Part shown: piece after piece, positions 9,427 to 18,623 of the stretch
Layout of the letters: every line of letters starts with the position of its first letter
How positions within the stretch are numbered: the stretch's first letter is position 1
Virus record (IMG/VR): IMGVR_UViG_3300021400_000141
Location: 64,001 to 128,000 of that record
DNA: 64,000 nt
Source of the DNA: a virus
Lineage: Duplodnaviria; Heunggongvirae; Uroviricota; Caudoviricetes
Reading direction: 5' to 3' (one strand)
Translations under genes and position numbers: made by a program
Notes under the pieces: model-generated
What the model was told of the DNA's origin: nothing
Databases searched by the model: none
What the model saw: only the letters and a program-made list of their open reading frames with translations

Positions 9427-9798
9427 TCAGTCATCTTTCTTATCCTTCTTCTTGAAACGGATTTTATGAAGGGCCCTGCCACATTCTGGGCAGTTGTGCA
9501 CGAAGATGGATTCCAGCGGGGTTATCTTCATGTCCTTATCGACCTCGGTTACCTCGATGCAGCCACGCCTGGGGTAGAAATAGCAGGCGATATTCTTCTT
9601 GTTTTCCCCGATAGGAACGCTGTCGAGAAGCGTGTTGAACAGGTTCCCCAACGGCTTCTCCTTCGAGTCAACATCGCCGCCAAGCAGCTTGATAATAACC
9701 TTTTCGTTACAGTATTCGCATCCACGCCAGTTACGGGCAGCAAAGCTCCACCACTTGTGACGAAGGATGTAGTAAATTCTAGGTAATCTGATTTTCAT
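9427..9798 (-). CDS. Zinc-ribbon hypothetical protein
   Basis: CEYC and CPECG pairs; GAGG RBS; follows a promoter. Confidence 0.65.
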   Translation of the reverse strand: MKIRLPRIYYILRHKWWSFAARNWRGCEYCNEKVIIKLLGGDVDSKEKPLGNLFNTLLDSVPIGENKKNIACYFYPRRGCIEVTEVDKDMKITPLESIFVHNCPECGRALHKIRFKKKDKKDD

Positions 9799-9813
9799 AT
9801 AAACCTCACCTGA

Positions 9814-9842
9814 AATATAGAATAAAATACCGTCCATGTCAA
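9814..9842 (-). promoter_or_regulatory. Sigma70-like early promoter
   Basis: TTGACA-17 bp-TATATT. Confidence 0.8.
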
Positions 9843-9927
9843 CCGACTTGGAGAAAATATACTTTAATAATGCTTCGGCCAGTCGGCAATTCAGTCTACT
9901 GGCAAAAATAAACACACGAGGTAAACC

Positions 9928-10704
9928 ATGAAAAACGACTTCATCAAGTGCAAGGACAACATTTTCGACCTTGCGAAATTCACCTACGTCCAGAACAAGG
10001 ATGGCATAGTACGTCTCTCTACAAGGGGTTACCAGCGGAAGGTTCTGACCCTGTTGCAGCTTCCCCCAATCTGCGGCAACAAGACGAACATGATACTGAA
10101 ACAGCCGAGACAGTCTGGCTCAACTGCGGAAGTGCTTCTGTTCCTCATGCACAGGTTCCTGTTCGAACCAGATTGCGTCATCGCCCTGGTAACGACGCGC
10201 AAGGAATGGGCAGGAGACATGATAGCCAAGCTCACCCTGTCCTTGACGAAACTGCCGCAAGAATGGTTCGATAATGGCCTTGACATCAAGTACAACAAGT
10301 ACGAAATCAGGAACAAAAGCAACCACGCGAGAATTATCGCCACATCATACAAGCACATAGGCGATATCAAGAGCCTCACGGTAAACTACCTGTACATGGA
10401 CGAATTCGCCTTCGTTCCGAAATCACTCCAACAAGAAGTATGCATGGAGTTTTTCCCGACAATGATGTCAGGGGCATCGAACCGCAAGATTATCATCTCG
10501 TCTACATCAAACGGGAAGGACAACGAGTTCTACCACCTGTGCGTTCAGGCAATGGGTGCAAAGTCCAGTTTCCTCCTTGTTGAAATCCCTTGGTGGGACG
10601 TGTATAATTTCAACGTGAAGGAAATGAAAAAACGGGCCGAACAAATCGGGGCCCGTGCATGGATGAGGGAGTACGGGTTGTTCTTCGACGACTACGAAGA
10701 GTGA
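9928..10704 (+). CDS. Stand-alone terminase large-subunit-like ATPase domain (no nuclease domain; degenerate Walker A)
   Basis: YQ adenine-binding motif, PRQSGST (Walker A with K>S), YLYMDEFAF (Walker B), IISSTSNG (motif III), EIPWW; only 258 aa. Confidence 0.8.
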   Translation: MKNDFIKCKDNIFDLAKFTYVQNKDGIVRLSTRGYQRKVLTLLQLPPICGNKTNMILKQPRQSGSTAEVLLFLMHRFLFEPDCVIALVTTRKEWAGDMIAKLTLSLTKLPQEWFDNGLDIKYNKYEIRNKSNHARIIATSYKHIGDIKSLTVNYLYMDEFAFVPKSLQQEVCMEFFPTMMSGASNRKIIISSTSNGKDNEFYHLCVQAMGAKSSFLLVEIPWWDVYNFNVKEMKKRAEQIGARAWMREYGLFFDDYEE

Positions 10705-10845
10705 TTTCCCAACCGTTCGATATCGTTAACGAAAAGCTGGACAAGTTTGTCCACGGTTCCTAACGGGACAAACCCGTTGTCGGATTTCAGGTTGAAGAGC
10801 ATATCTTTCAACTCGTCCGATACAAGGTCCGTCCAGACAAGTTTG

Positions 10846-11127
10846 TTAGGCTTTTCCATCGGTTCTCCTTCCATTGTGGTAATAGACGCCTTCCCAATCG
10901 GGGGGCGCCTGTTCGTCGATTTCGTCGCAGTAGCACCACAGCAGGCCGTCCCTCTTCGCTTTGCTGAGGTATGTATGACAAGCTAACTGCATGTGCCTCC
11001 CGTAGACAGCAGTGCGTGTCCACCAGTACAGGGGAGAAGCTGGGGTCTTGACAAGGATATCCCTTCCAGACTGCGGAGTTTCTTCCTCGAAGGTACGCCA
11101 GTGGAATGTAATCGTCTGGTCCTGCAT
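10846..11127 (-). CDS. Hypothetical protein (DUF551-like N-terminus)
   Basis: WRTFEEETPQSGRDILV. Confidence 0.5.
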   Translation of the reverse strand: MQDQTITFHWRTFEEETPQSGRDILVKTPASPLYWWTRTAVYGRHMQLACHTYLSKAKRDGLLWCYCDEIDEQAPPDWEGVYYHNGRRTDGKA

Positions 11128-11589
11128 CTATTCATCCCCTTTCTTCAAAGTGTCAATCTCCGCAGTAATCTTTTTCAGATAACTCCTCATCGACTTGGTC
11201 TTCTCTGCAATCTGAGCCTCAATCTCGGCCTTCTTCGCTTCCAGTGCGGCAAGTGCAGCTTCCCTGTTCTCTTTGGAGATTTCCTTGTCTGTCATGTTGA
11301 GGTACTTGACAGGAATCTTCACCGTACACTTTTTGAAGCATCCATACGAACGGTGTCCATAACTATGTTCGCAATAGATTGTTTCATGGCCTGAATTGTA
11401 TCTCCACTGGTGGCTGGAAACCTGTGTGGTTTCCTGTGCGACTACTTGTGCCGCTTCGGACGGAGTAACGTCAATCGCATTGAACTTGGCAAGGATTTCC
11501 AGAACATTCTTGATACGTGTAGTCAACGCCTTCTTTGCGGCAAGGTAGTTGTCAAAGAGTTCGCAACCATTGTTTTCATTCGTGCTCAT
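11128..11589 (-). CDS. Hypothetical coiled-coil protein
   Basis: AAGGAG RBS before MSTNENN. Confidence 0.65.
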   Translation of the reverse strand: MSTNENNGCELFDNYLAAKKALTTRIKNVLEILAKFNAIDVTPSEAAQVVAQETTQVSSHQWRYNSGHETIYCEHSYGHRSYGCFKKCTVKIPVKYLNMTDKEISKENREAALAALEAKKAEIEAQIAEKTKSMRSYLKKITAEIDTLKKGDE

Positions 11590-11932
11590 TGGGTTTCTCC
11601 TTGTACTTTTCCAAGTCACCACGCAAGTAGGCATTTACAAGGTCAACCATGTCATAGCCCTGTGCAAACCAGCATTCAATCTGGTTAGCACTGAACTCCT
11701 TGGTGATTTTTGCAAACGTTTCCGTTTCTTCCTTGATGAACTCGTTGTATTTTTCGTCACTAGCATCGTACGCCAAATCAAGCTTGTGCATTAGGTCGGA
11801 GTGACTGCTTGCGTAGTATTTGTCCAACAGACCCTTGTATCCCTCTGCAATCTCGATTGCCTCAAGAACCTCTTCCCTGTCGTTTAAAAGCTCGTTTCTC
11901 TTGGCTATGTACGCTTCCTTATCTTCAATCAT
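11576..11932 (-). CDS. Hypothetical protein
   Basis: 118-aa acidic ORF in the coupled gene run. Confidence 0.65.
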   Translation of the reverse strand: MIEDKEAYIAKRNELLNDREEVLEAIEIAEGYKGLLDKYYASSHSDLMHKLDLAYDASDEKYNEFIKEETETFAKITKEFSANQIECWFAQGYDMVDLVNAYLRGDLEKYKEKPNEHE

Positions 11933-12279
11933 AATTTCCCCCTTTCCTGTGCATAGGCACGGTCTACGTTAAACTTCTGCTCTTCAACCACAGTGACATC
12001 AGCCCTGACATGACATACGGAAAATCTGACATCATTTACATGGGCCTGTATCATTGGAACCTTACCATAGTGACGGAGATATCCATTCTCGTTACGGAGT
12101 TCTCTGGTGGCAACACCAAGCGTCGCATAGTGTTTTGACTTGGAGATGTCGTCAACCCATGCACCCTCAGACGGAGTGGACTTCCAGAACTTGATGAAGC
12201 CGTTATCACCATTCTTGATTGCCGCTATGACATAGAATGAAGTTTCGTCCCTGAAAATATCCTTGGCTTCTTCAATCAT
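11929..12279 (-). CDS. Hypothetical protein
   Basis: 116-aa ORF overlapping neighbours by 4 nt. Confidence 0.65.
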   Translation of the reverse strand: MIEEAKDIFRDETSFYVIAAIKNGDNGFIKFWKSTPSEGAWVDDISKSKHYATLGVATRELRNENGYLRHYGKVPMIQAHVNDVRFSVCHVRADVTVVEEQKFNVDRAYAQERGKL

Positions 12280-12701
12280 ATAATCCTCTTTTCCATTTTG
12301 AGCTTTTTGAGGTTATCCCAGACTAACCCAGAGTCCATGTCGCCGATGAAATCCTTCGGATGTCCACAGTTCAGTATGTGGAGGCTATCTGCATAGTCGG
12401 GGAACACAACTGCGTTCATCTCACCGTCGCATGCGTAAAGGTTCAATGTAACCTGTGAGTGTGTCGGCTGGAACACGAATTCCCTACCTGTTTCATCGGC
12501 TTTTGAAACAACTGGCTTCGGAGAAAACACGTTCGCCGTCATCAGCACGGCCAATAGGTCTGGAGACATTATAATCCAGTGTGCTGGACATTCCTGCACA
12601 TGCTGTGCGATGAACTCGACCAAGGCATCAACCTTGTCCTTGGGACATTTGTATTCCTTGTCAGGGTCGAACTTGAACTGTATCGTCGATTTTGCCTGCA
12701 T
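12276..12701 (-). CDS. Hypothetical protein
   Basis: 141-aa ORF with RBS. Confidence 0.65.
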   Translation of the reverse strand: MQAKSTIQFKFDPDKEYKCPKDKVDALVEFIAQHVQECPAHWIIMSPDLLAVLMTANVFSPKPVVSKADETGREFVFQPTHSQVTLNLYACDGEMNAVVFPDYADSLHILNCGHPKDFIGDMDSGLVWDNLKKLKMEKRII

Positions 12702-12712
12702 ATAATCATCCT

Positions 12713-13132
12713 TTATTTAGATTCAGTTTCATCTTTCTGCCAGCACATCGGCACATCGAATTTAACCAGTTCGTACAGCCGTTTTTCACGCTTACGCATC
12801 TCAGCAAACGCACGTCCAAAATCCAATAGGCCGAGACGCTTAATGTACTTGCGGTCGATGTATGGAATTACGAAGCCGCCATCTATCGCTGGAATAGTTC
12901 CGAACACCTGGTAATGAGCATCCGATGAAATCAGGTCGTATTCACCCGTTTCGTCGTTCTTGAAATAAGTGTCTCCTGTCAGACGGACCATCGCACGGTG
13001 GATGCAGTCAGCAGCCGTGTCGCCAGGTAGAGAAGGAGGGTACACACGGTCGAACCGCAACTTATCGTAATCAAGCACGGCATGTTCTACTGGTTCATCA
13101 CCCCAGATTTTTTCCTTCTGCTTCTCCGACAT
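12713..13132 (-). CDS. Hypothetical phage protein
   Basis: 139 aa; DCIHRAMVRLTG motif. Confidence 0.6.
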   Translation of the reverse strand: MSEKQKEKIWGDEPVEHAVLDYDKLRFDRVYPPSLPGDTAADCIHRAMVRLTGDTYFKNDETGEYDLISSDAHYQVFGTIPAIDGGFVIPYIDRKYIKRLGLLDFGRAFAEMRKREKRLYELVKFDVPMCWQKDETESK

Positions 13133-13319
13133 CCTGTTCTCCTTGCTTGAAACTGGTGATTTCCCCTGGAAGGCTCTCGTATGAAAGCTTGGTTATCCGT
13201 TTCAGCTCTTCCTTGTATTCCTTCATGATATCTGGGTACTTCGCTTCGATGAACTCCGCTAGCGTCTTTACTTCAACAGGAGGGACTTTAATAGTGAACG
13301 GATGGTTGAAATTGCTCAT
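13098..13319 (-). CDS. Hypothetical protein
   Basis: 73-aa ORF in the coupled run. Confidence 0.55.
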   Translation of the reverse strand: MSNFNHPFTIKVPPVEVKTLAEFIEAKYPDIMKEYKEELKRITKLSYESLPGEITSFKQGEQDVGEAEGKNLG

Positions 13320-13747
13320 CGGGATTTGCCTTTTGTTAAAATCTTCTCTGGAAACTTTTTGTAGTCACGTACAGCACCGTACACATCAGAATCGAATATA
13401 AGCGAAAGGAACTTCACCAGTTCCTTAATGTTTTTAAGATGCACTTTCGGCCAGTCGGGATAACCCGTCACAAAGCCCGAAACAAATGTTTCGCCAGTCT
13501 CCGTATTGAATTCCATGTCGAAGTCAACTGGAAGAAGCATTGGGTATGTAGACCAGATTGACGGGCATATTCCTGCCTCCACAAGGAGTCTGTATTTCTT
13601 CATCGGGGTGACATACTCCTGATAATGCTGTTTAAGTTCCCATTTCGCCTTGATTATACCAGATTCCTCGTCCAGCTTTATCATCGGGAAATACGCCATA
13701 ACAGCCGTTTGAAACTGCCTTGACAGACTGTTTTCCATGAAACCCAC
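13316..13747 (-). CDS. Hypothetical protein
   Basis: 143-aa ORF in the coupled run. Confidence 0.6.
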   Translation of the reverse strand: MGFMENSLSRQFQTAVMAYFPMIKLDEESGIIKAKWELKQHYQEYVTPMKKYRLLVEAGICPSIWSTYPMLLPVDFDMEFNTETGETFVSGFVTGYPDWPKVHLKNIKELVKFLSLIFDSDVYGAVRDYKKFPEKILTKGKSR

Positions 13748-13750
13748 CTT

Positions 13751-14068
13751 TTAGTAACTCAACTCGAAACCTTCGCCGTACTTGGCGTCGCACCTGAACT
13801 CGTTCCACATATCAGGCATGATTTTCTCGATTTCAGGATGCTTCTGGAATTCATTCCATACTTCCTTGGTCTCGTCAATGCTCAGCGGGCCGTACACGTG
13901 GTCGAAGAATTTCACGACACACGGGTTTGTCCCGTCTGGAAGCCCGAACTTATTGGGCCCCTTGCTTCCCTCGATTCGTTTGCCGCCGAATAGCTTGGCG
14001 ACACGGTCAATCTCTTGTCCAAAACGGATTCCGCCAGCGCTTCCGCCCCATTTGTAGTCTACACCCAT
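13751..14068 (-). CDS. Hypothetical protein
   Basis: GAGG RBS; directly after a promoter. Confidence 0.7.
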   Translation of the reverse strand: MGVDYKWGGSAGGIRFGQEIDRVAKLFGGKRIEGSKGPNKFGLPDGTNPCVVKFFDHVYGPLSIDETKEVWNEFQKHPEIEKIMPDMWNEFRCDAKYGEGFELSY

Positions 14069-14090
14069 GATTTACCTCTTTTTGTCATCA

Positions 14091-14119
14091 AATATAGACA
14101 ATTTTAATATAATTGTCAA
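14091..14119 (-). promoter_or_regulatory. Sigma70-like early promoter
   Basis: TTGACA-17 bp-TATATT. Confidence 0.8.
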
Positions 14120-14700
14120 TTACCTTTCAATGAAGAAATCATCCGCAGGGCGTACTTGGGATTGCGATGAGCCGCCTTAATCCAGTCCCACTCTTTCGGT
14201 GTGAACTGGTTTTCCTTCTCACGTAACTGACAGGCGACGATACTGAGGGAAAGGGTACGACGGAAGCGGTCAACTCCTTTCAGGAGGCGTTTCCGTAGAG
14301 GAGCAAGGTCTTTTACAGTAGGTCTATCAGAAAGTATTTTACCTATGCCTCCACCCCAGTAGAAATCAAGTATCTGCGTGGTGCATACGCCAACTTTACG
14401 AAGCTTGCCTGTTTCCCAGTCACGTTCAAACTGCGGCACAGCCCTGTTGAGGTGGGTGAGGATGTATGGAGATTTGGGATATCCCGAGTTCATCTTCATG
14501 AAGCTTGCGAGAGTAACTCCGTGACACACTACATCGACCCTGACGGCGTTATAGCAAGCGATTTGTCTCACTTCCTTTACTTCTATAGGGGCGTAGTCAA
14601 GGTTCAGCTCTCTCAGCCAACCTTCAAGAGTGCCAAAGTGGCGCATATTGTATGCAAGAATCCTTTTTGCCTCCGCTCTCATCTTTTCATAAATCTGCAT
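14116..14700 (-). CDS. Basic hypothetical protein
   Basis: 194-aa ORF; GAGG RBS. Confidence 0.7.
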   Translation of the reverse strand: MQIYEKMRAEAKRILAYNMRHFGTLEGWLRELNLDYAPIEVKEVRQIACYNAVRVDVVCHGVTLASFMKMNSGYPKSPYILTHLNRAVPQFERDWETGKLRKVGVCTTQILDFYWGGGIGKILSDRPTVKDLAPLRKRLLKGVDRFRRTLSLSIVACQLREKENQFTPKEWDWIKAAHRNPKYALRMISSLKGN

Positions 14701-14703
14701 AAG

Positions 14704-14868
14704 TTAATCCTCTCGGTTATTCATCTCATCCTGTTCTGTCCTAAGGACTTGCTTCCGACGATAACTGTCGAGAGCATGGTGGTAGTCACGCTTGTTAAGG
14801 ATGTAGCCCCAACTGCGTTTTCCTGTCTTAGCAAAATATAGAAACCCGTACCAGAAACGTTTAGGCAT
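14704..14868 (-). CDS. Small hypothetical protein (54 aa, below ORF-track cutoff)
   Basis: AGGAG RBS, MPKRFWYGFLYF...NNRED*; fills the gap exactly. Confidence 0.6.
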   Translation of the reverse strand: MPKRFWYGFLYFAKTGKRSWGYILNKRDYHHALDSYRRKQVLRTEQDEMNNRED

Positions 14869-14879
14869 AACTACTCCTA

Positions 14880-15572
14880 TTACCCGTATTCCTTATCATA
14901 TTCTTCACAGAGAAGCATCTGCGTCTTCATCACGTCGTCACTCAACTTAGGGTCTCGGGAGATGATGTACGGCCCGTCGTATTCCCATGCCTTGAATGTC
15001 TCGGGGTCGATGCTGTGATTACGGTAGCATGATTCGTTCCATGCGATTACCTTCGCCTCGTTCTTCGACCTTGCCTTGACAACGATGAACCTCTCGTCGT
15101 TTGCGATGTAGTCGAAATACTGAACCTGCCACAGGATGTACTCTGGGTCGTCAAAGAAGGAAAAGCTTATCTTTCCAGTTCCGTCATCGAACTTGCCTTC
15201 CTCGTACTTGACCTTGCCATCGACCTGAATGCAAATCATGCGGTTGCGGAACCGTTCCAACTTCAATGACATTCGGTCAATTACACCCAGTTCCACGATT
15301 CCGTCTTGGATGGTCTTCATTTCCAAGGTGTCACCGTGAATTTCGGCATCGAAGGATATGCCGCCGTCAATGACATACGGGGTATGCCATCTCAGTTTGA
15401 AATCCTTATGTGTCAACGCATATTCCTCGCTGAATATCCAGTGAGGGCAGTTCACCGTATCGGGTGCATCCTTCCACTTGCTCTTGTCGTAACCAGAGGG
15501 TTGAGAAAACTGGTACAACCCGTTGTTGCACTGCTTCTTCAATGCGAGGTATTCAGTATCGTTATCAATCAT
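14880..15572 (-). CDS. Hypothetical protein
   Basis: 230-aa ORF. Confidence 0.7.
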   Translation of the reverse strand: MIDNDTEYLALKKQCNNGLYQFSQPSGYDKSKWKDAPDTVNCPHWIFSEEYALTHKDFKLRWHTPYVIDGGISFDAEIHGDTLEMKTIQDGIVELGVIDRMSLKLERFRNRMICIQVDGKVKYEEGKFDDGTGKISFSFFDDPEYILWQVQYFDYIANDERFIVVKARSKNEAKVIAWNESCYRNHSIDPETFKAWEYDGPYIISRDPKLSDDVMKTQMLLCEEYDKEYG

Positions 15573-15574
15573 AG

Positions 15575-16042
15575 TTAAATCCCTAGATACTTGTAAATTT
15601 CTTCACGCTTGGTCGGAATGTCAACAGGATATTTATTCCCGTTTCCGTCACCACATGACATTCCAGGCAAGTTGGTCATTGTCTGATAACAGCTGCATAA
15701 ACCATTGTCGAAACAAGTATAAAATTCGATGTAGTGTTCATCATCTTTAAGCTTCACCTTGTCCCAGTTCTTGCCAACGAACTTGTGAGCGTGGACCCAG
15801 AGCTTAATTCCTACCTTGGACGTACGTTTACCTACAGTCACTTCCCTATACACATACCAACCAAAGTCACGGTTCATTGTGTCGGCGGCAATTTTCTCAT
15901 GCGGAAGGTCAGCAAGTTTTGGCATCAGTTTGCACACATATTCCCATGTTCCACGGTCGCTCACGTCGAAGAAATCCTCGGCCTCCTTCATGAGTTCAGG
16001 ATGACGCTGTTCAAGAAAGTCTTTGTACTTAGCATCGCACAT
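15575..16042 (-). CDS. Hypothetical protein
   Basis: 155-aa ORF in the run. Confidence 0.65.
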   Translation of the reverse strand: MCDAKYKDFLEQRHPELMKEAEDFFDVSDRGTWEYVCKLMPKLADLPHEKIAADTMNRDFGWYVYREVTVGKRTSKVGIKLWVHAHKFVGKNWDKVKLKDDEHYIEFYTCFDNGLCSCYQTMTNLPGMSCGDGNGNKYPVDIPTKREEIYKYLGI

Positions 16043-16045
16043 AAT

Positions 16046-16321
16046 CTACCCCGCGTCCCAGAACAGGACATCTTCATCGTCCTTGTCAACTCTGGGTTCT
16101 GTTTCCGTAAATTCAGCAAAGTTATGAGTGAACTTCGGTCTGAAATCACCGTCGCCATCGCAGTACATTCCACGGATTCGGCTGCACCCCAGTTTGCCAA
16201 GCCGTTCCATTTCGGTCAGGAGTGACAGGAACTCGTTTGCCCAACACTTCTTCATCTTGCAGTGGACATCGAATTCAACTTCCTCGTTCTGACCCAGTTC
16301 AACCCAGTTTTTAGGCCTCAT
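16046..16321 (-). CDS. Conserved-looking phage hypothetical protein
   Basis: LGKLGCSR...DGDGDFRPKF motif; AGGAGG RBS. Confidence 0.65.
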   Translation of the reverse strand: MRPKNWVELGQNEEVEFDVHCKMKKCWANEFLSLLTEMERLGKLGCSRIRGMYCDGDGDFRPKFTHNFAEFTETEPRVDKDDEDVLFWDAG

Positions 16322-16634
16322 GTTTCCTCCTTATGCCCTTCAGTTTTGGGAACGCCCTTTTGAGTATCGGCATTTCCACAGCCTTGTAGGGGTACTCTTC
16401 CTGCGGCGGGTCAGGAAGGTAGAACTCGCCGTTCTTCAATTTCAGGTAGAACTCATACAGTTCCTCCTCGCTGAACGAAAGAAGGTGTCGTGTGTACCAG
16501 GTGAACGTCGTTGGGCCGTCCATGTTGTAGCTCCATTCGCCAGCCATTTCGAGTTCTGGTGTATACCTGCCGTAAGCCAGCGGAACCGACTTAATCAGGT
16601 CGATAATTTCATTCTTACTCAACTGCACGTTCAT
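16311..16634 (-). CDS. Hypothetical protein
   Basis: 107 aa; AGGAG RBS. Confidence 0.6.
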   Translation of the reverse strand: MNVQLSKNEIIDLIKSVPLAYGRYTPELEMAGEWSYNMDGPTTFTWYTRHLLSFSEEELYEFYLKLKNGEFYLPDPPQEEYPYKAVEMPILKRAFPKLKGIRRKHEA

Positions 16635-16651
16635 ATCGGCTCCTTTCCAGT

Positions 16652-17038
16652 TCAGTCCAGTTTGACGGTCTCATAATTACTCCGAATCAGTTGAAGTTCA
16701 TACACAAATGCAATATCGAAATTCTTACCCATCTCTATGGCGGTGCGGATTGCCGCAATCCTGTCTCCGTCCTTTACCTCGGAGTCCATTATACGTCCAA
16801 ATACAAGCGGCTCACCGAATTTTTCCTTTCTGTAGAGTTCTGTCCTTAGATAAGTCTTGTTGTCGCCAGCATCCAAATCCTTGTAGAAACGGATGCTTAG
16901 ATAAATATCAACAAATGTTACAAGAAGACCAGAACAGTCATCGAAAGACACCGCGTTATTCGGCAAATAGTGCATGGCGAATGATAATTCCGACTGCTTC
17001 ATTTTTAGGTAACGAAGTTTACGCAACGACATGTTCAA
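16652..17038 (-). CDS. Hypothetical protein
   Basis: 128-aa ORF in the run. Confidence 0.6.
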   Translation of the reverse strand: MNMSLRKLRYLKMKQSELSFAMHYLPNNAVSFDDCSGLLVTFVDIYLSIRFYKDLDAGDNKTYLRTELYRKEKFGEPLVFGRIMDSEVKDGDRIAAIRTAIEMGKNFDIAFVYELQLIRSNYETVKLD

Positions 17039-17043
17039 CCCCT

Positions 17044-17481
17044 CTAATTTAATCCAATTACATTACGGGTAAGGAACTCCAGTGAACAGGAGCCTTCCTT
17101 GACAACGTATATCTGGAAACCTGCCGAGGCATTGCAATCCGCCGTTTCCTCAGTGTAATTCCATTCTGTATAAATCCTGCCTTCCCTAATCATTTGATTG
17201 GGATAGACAACGTGGCAACGGCGTCCTTCCTTGGCGTTAAGCCATTCGGACAGCTCCCTGTTGCTGACAAACATCTGCTTCGTGTATTCTTCGCACCGTT
17301 TCTTGCGTTCAAGCATCTCGGAAAGTTCGGACATGCTGAACATAGAAGCAAGCATATCGGTAGAAACCGATATGGAACTACCGTCAAGCTGCTTTCCGTT
17401 CAGGAGGACACCATTGATTGCTAGCTGGTATTCCTGACCCGATAGCGATTTAAGTATTTGAAATCTTATCTGCTGTGACAT
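17044..17481 (-). CDS. Hypothetical protein
   Basis: 145-aa ORF in the run. Confidence 0.6.
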   Translation of the reverse strand: MSQQIRFQILKSLSGQEYQLAINGVLLNGKQLDGSSISVSTDMLASMFSMSELSEMLERKKRCEEYTKQMFVSNRELSEWLNAKEGRRCHVVYPNQMIREGRIYTEWNYTEETADCNASAGFQIYVVKEGSCSLEFLTRNVIGLN

Positions 17482-18010
17482 TGATATTCTTCATGATTAT
17501 CTCAAAAATCTTGTCGTAACCATCAAGGTCGCCATTGAAGGTGTGATAGACTACGTTCTGGTCTTTGAGCATTTTCAAAATAGTTTCATCTATTCCTTTC
17601 GACTCTTCTTCGGTCTGGTTTCGACCGTTCGGGTTGTACGGCTTGACACGCTTCAAGAAGATATCGAGGGAATGGAAATTGTACTTGTCCGCCTCTTCTG
17701 CACAGGCCATACCGAGATGAGGAAGTCCGATACGGTCAGCATAGATTTTGCCGAGACGGATAGGGGAGTCGGTGACAATCACATCGACCTTGCCAAAGCA
17801 ACGGTGGATGCGGAAAGCCTGCTTTCCAGTGATGTAGAACTGGCAGTTGAAAACTTCCTTGTTTCCTTCCCAGACCTTGTCCTTTGCGAACTCGGTCACA
17901 TACTCGGCATCAACTCCAGCCATCTTCAACTTGGAGAAAATATAGGCAGCGCCGGTACTTTTACCGGTTCCTGGGCCGCCATACAGGTTAACGATAAGCG
18001 TATTTTTCAT
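17450..18010 (-). CDS. P-loop kinase/ATPase, AAA_28/NadR-kinase-like
   Basis: NLYGGPGTGKST Walker A, EYVTEFAK, IVTDSP, PNGRNQ. Confidence 0.75.
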   Translation of the reverse strand: MKNTLIVNLYGGPGTGKSTGAAYIFSKLKMAGVDAEYVTEFAKDKVWEGNKEVFNCQFYITGKQAFRIHRCFGKVDVIVTDSPIRLGKIYADRIGLPHLGMACAEEADKYNFHSLDIFLKRVKPYNPNGRNQTEEESKGIDETILKMLKDQNVVYHTFNGDLDGYDKIFEIIMKNINVTADKISNT

Positions 18011-18225
18011 CAGTCTACCGCATCAAGATTTCTTTCGTAAGGAGGCTGTTCCTTAGGCGGAGTATCAAGGCGTACAACCTTGACAGTGCCTTCGACCGCA
18101 TTGTTGGACTTGTCGCCGACGATGCCAGTGATTACGGTGTCCTTCATGGCATCATATTCCTCGTCAGATGCACCATCTGGAATTTCAAAAGTCCTGCGGA
18201 CTGTGTAGGTAAGTTCGAATTGCAT
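18010..18225 (-). CDS. Hypothetical protein
   Basis: 71 aa; AAGGAG RBS. Confidence 0.6.
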   Translation of the reverse strand: MQFELTYTVRRTFEIPDGASDEEYDAMKDTVITGIVGDKSNNAVEGTVKVVRLDTPPKEQPPYERNLDAVD

Positions 18226-18251
18226 AGGATGTTTCTCCTTTTATTTGACCA

Positions 18252-18623
18252 TTACAGAAACTGTCTTTTTTCTTTGAATTTTTTCTTTGCGTCAGCGAGC
18301 ATCTTCTTATCGGAAGGGTCTACGATGAGCCCCCTGAACTGAAGCATTTCGAAGGAAAGGTTTGCTACCATGGGCAGCCCCATGAGTGCTTTCCAAGCAT
18401 AAAGCACGGCGTCACCAGAATACCCTTCGACCTCGACTTTCATCCCTTTGATGCCATTGGATTCGTTTACCATGAGGCGGAACGGTTCGGCATCGTCTTT
18501 CGCAATATCGACTGTATCAGTCCCAAACTCATCCGAGATTTTACCGTGTAAGTACACCCCGCAAACGACGAGGTAATCATCGCTTGGTTCGTTGTCAGAT
18601 GACCTGAATTTCATAACTAGCAC
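18252..18623 (-). CDS. Hypothetical protein
   Basis: 123-aa ORF in the run. Confidence 0.6.
   Translation of the reverse strand: MLVMKFRSSDNEPSDDYLVVCGVYLHGKISDEFGTDTVDIAKDDAEPFRLMVNESNGIKGMKVEVEGYSGDAVLYAWKALMGLPMVANLSFEMLQFRGLIVDPSDKKMLADAKKKFKEKRQFL

Noticed and set aside
14835-14863. TATATT promoter-like site
   Set aside because: No acceptable -35 box, and it lies inside the 54-aa ORF 14704-14868
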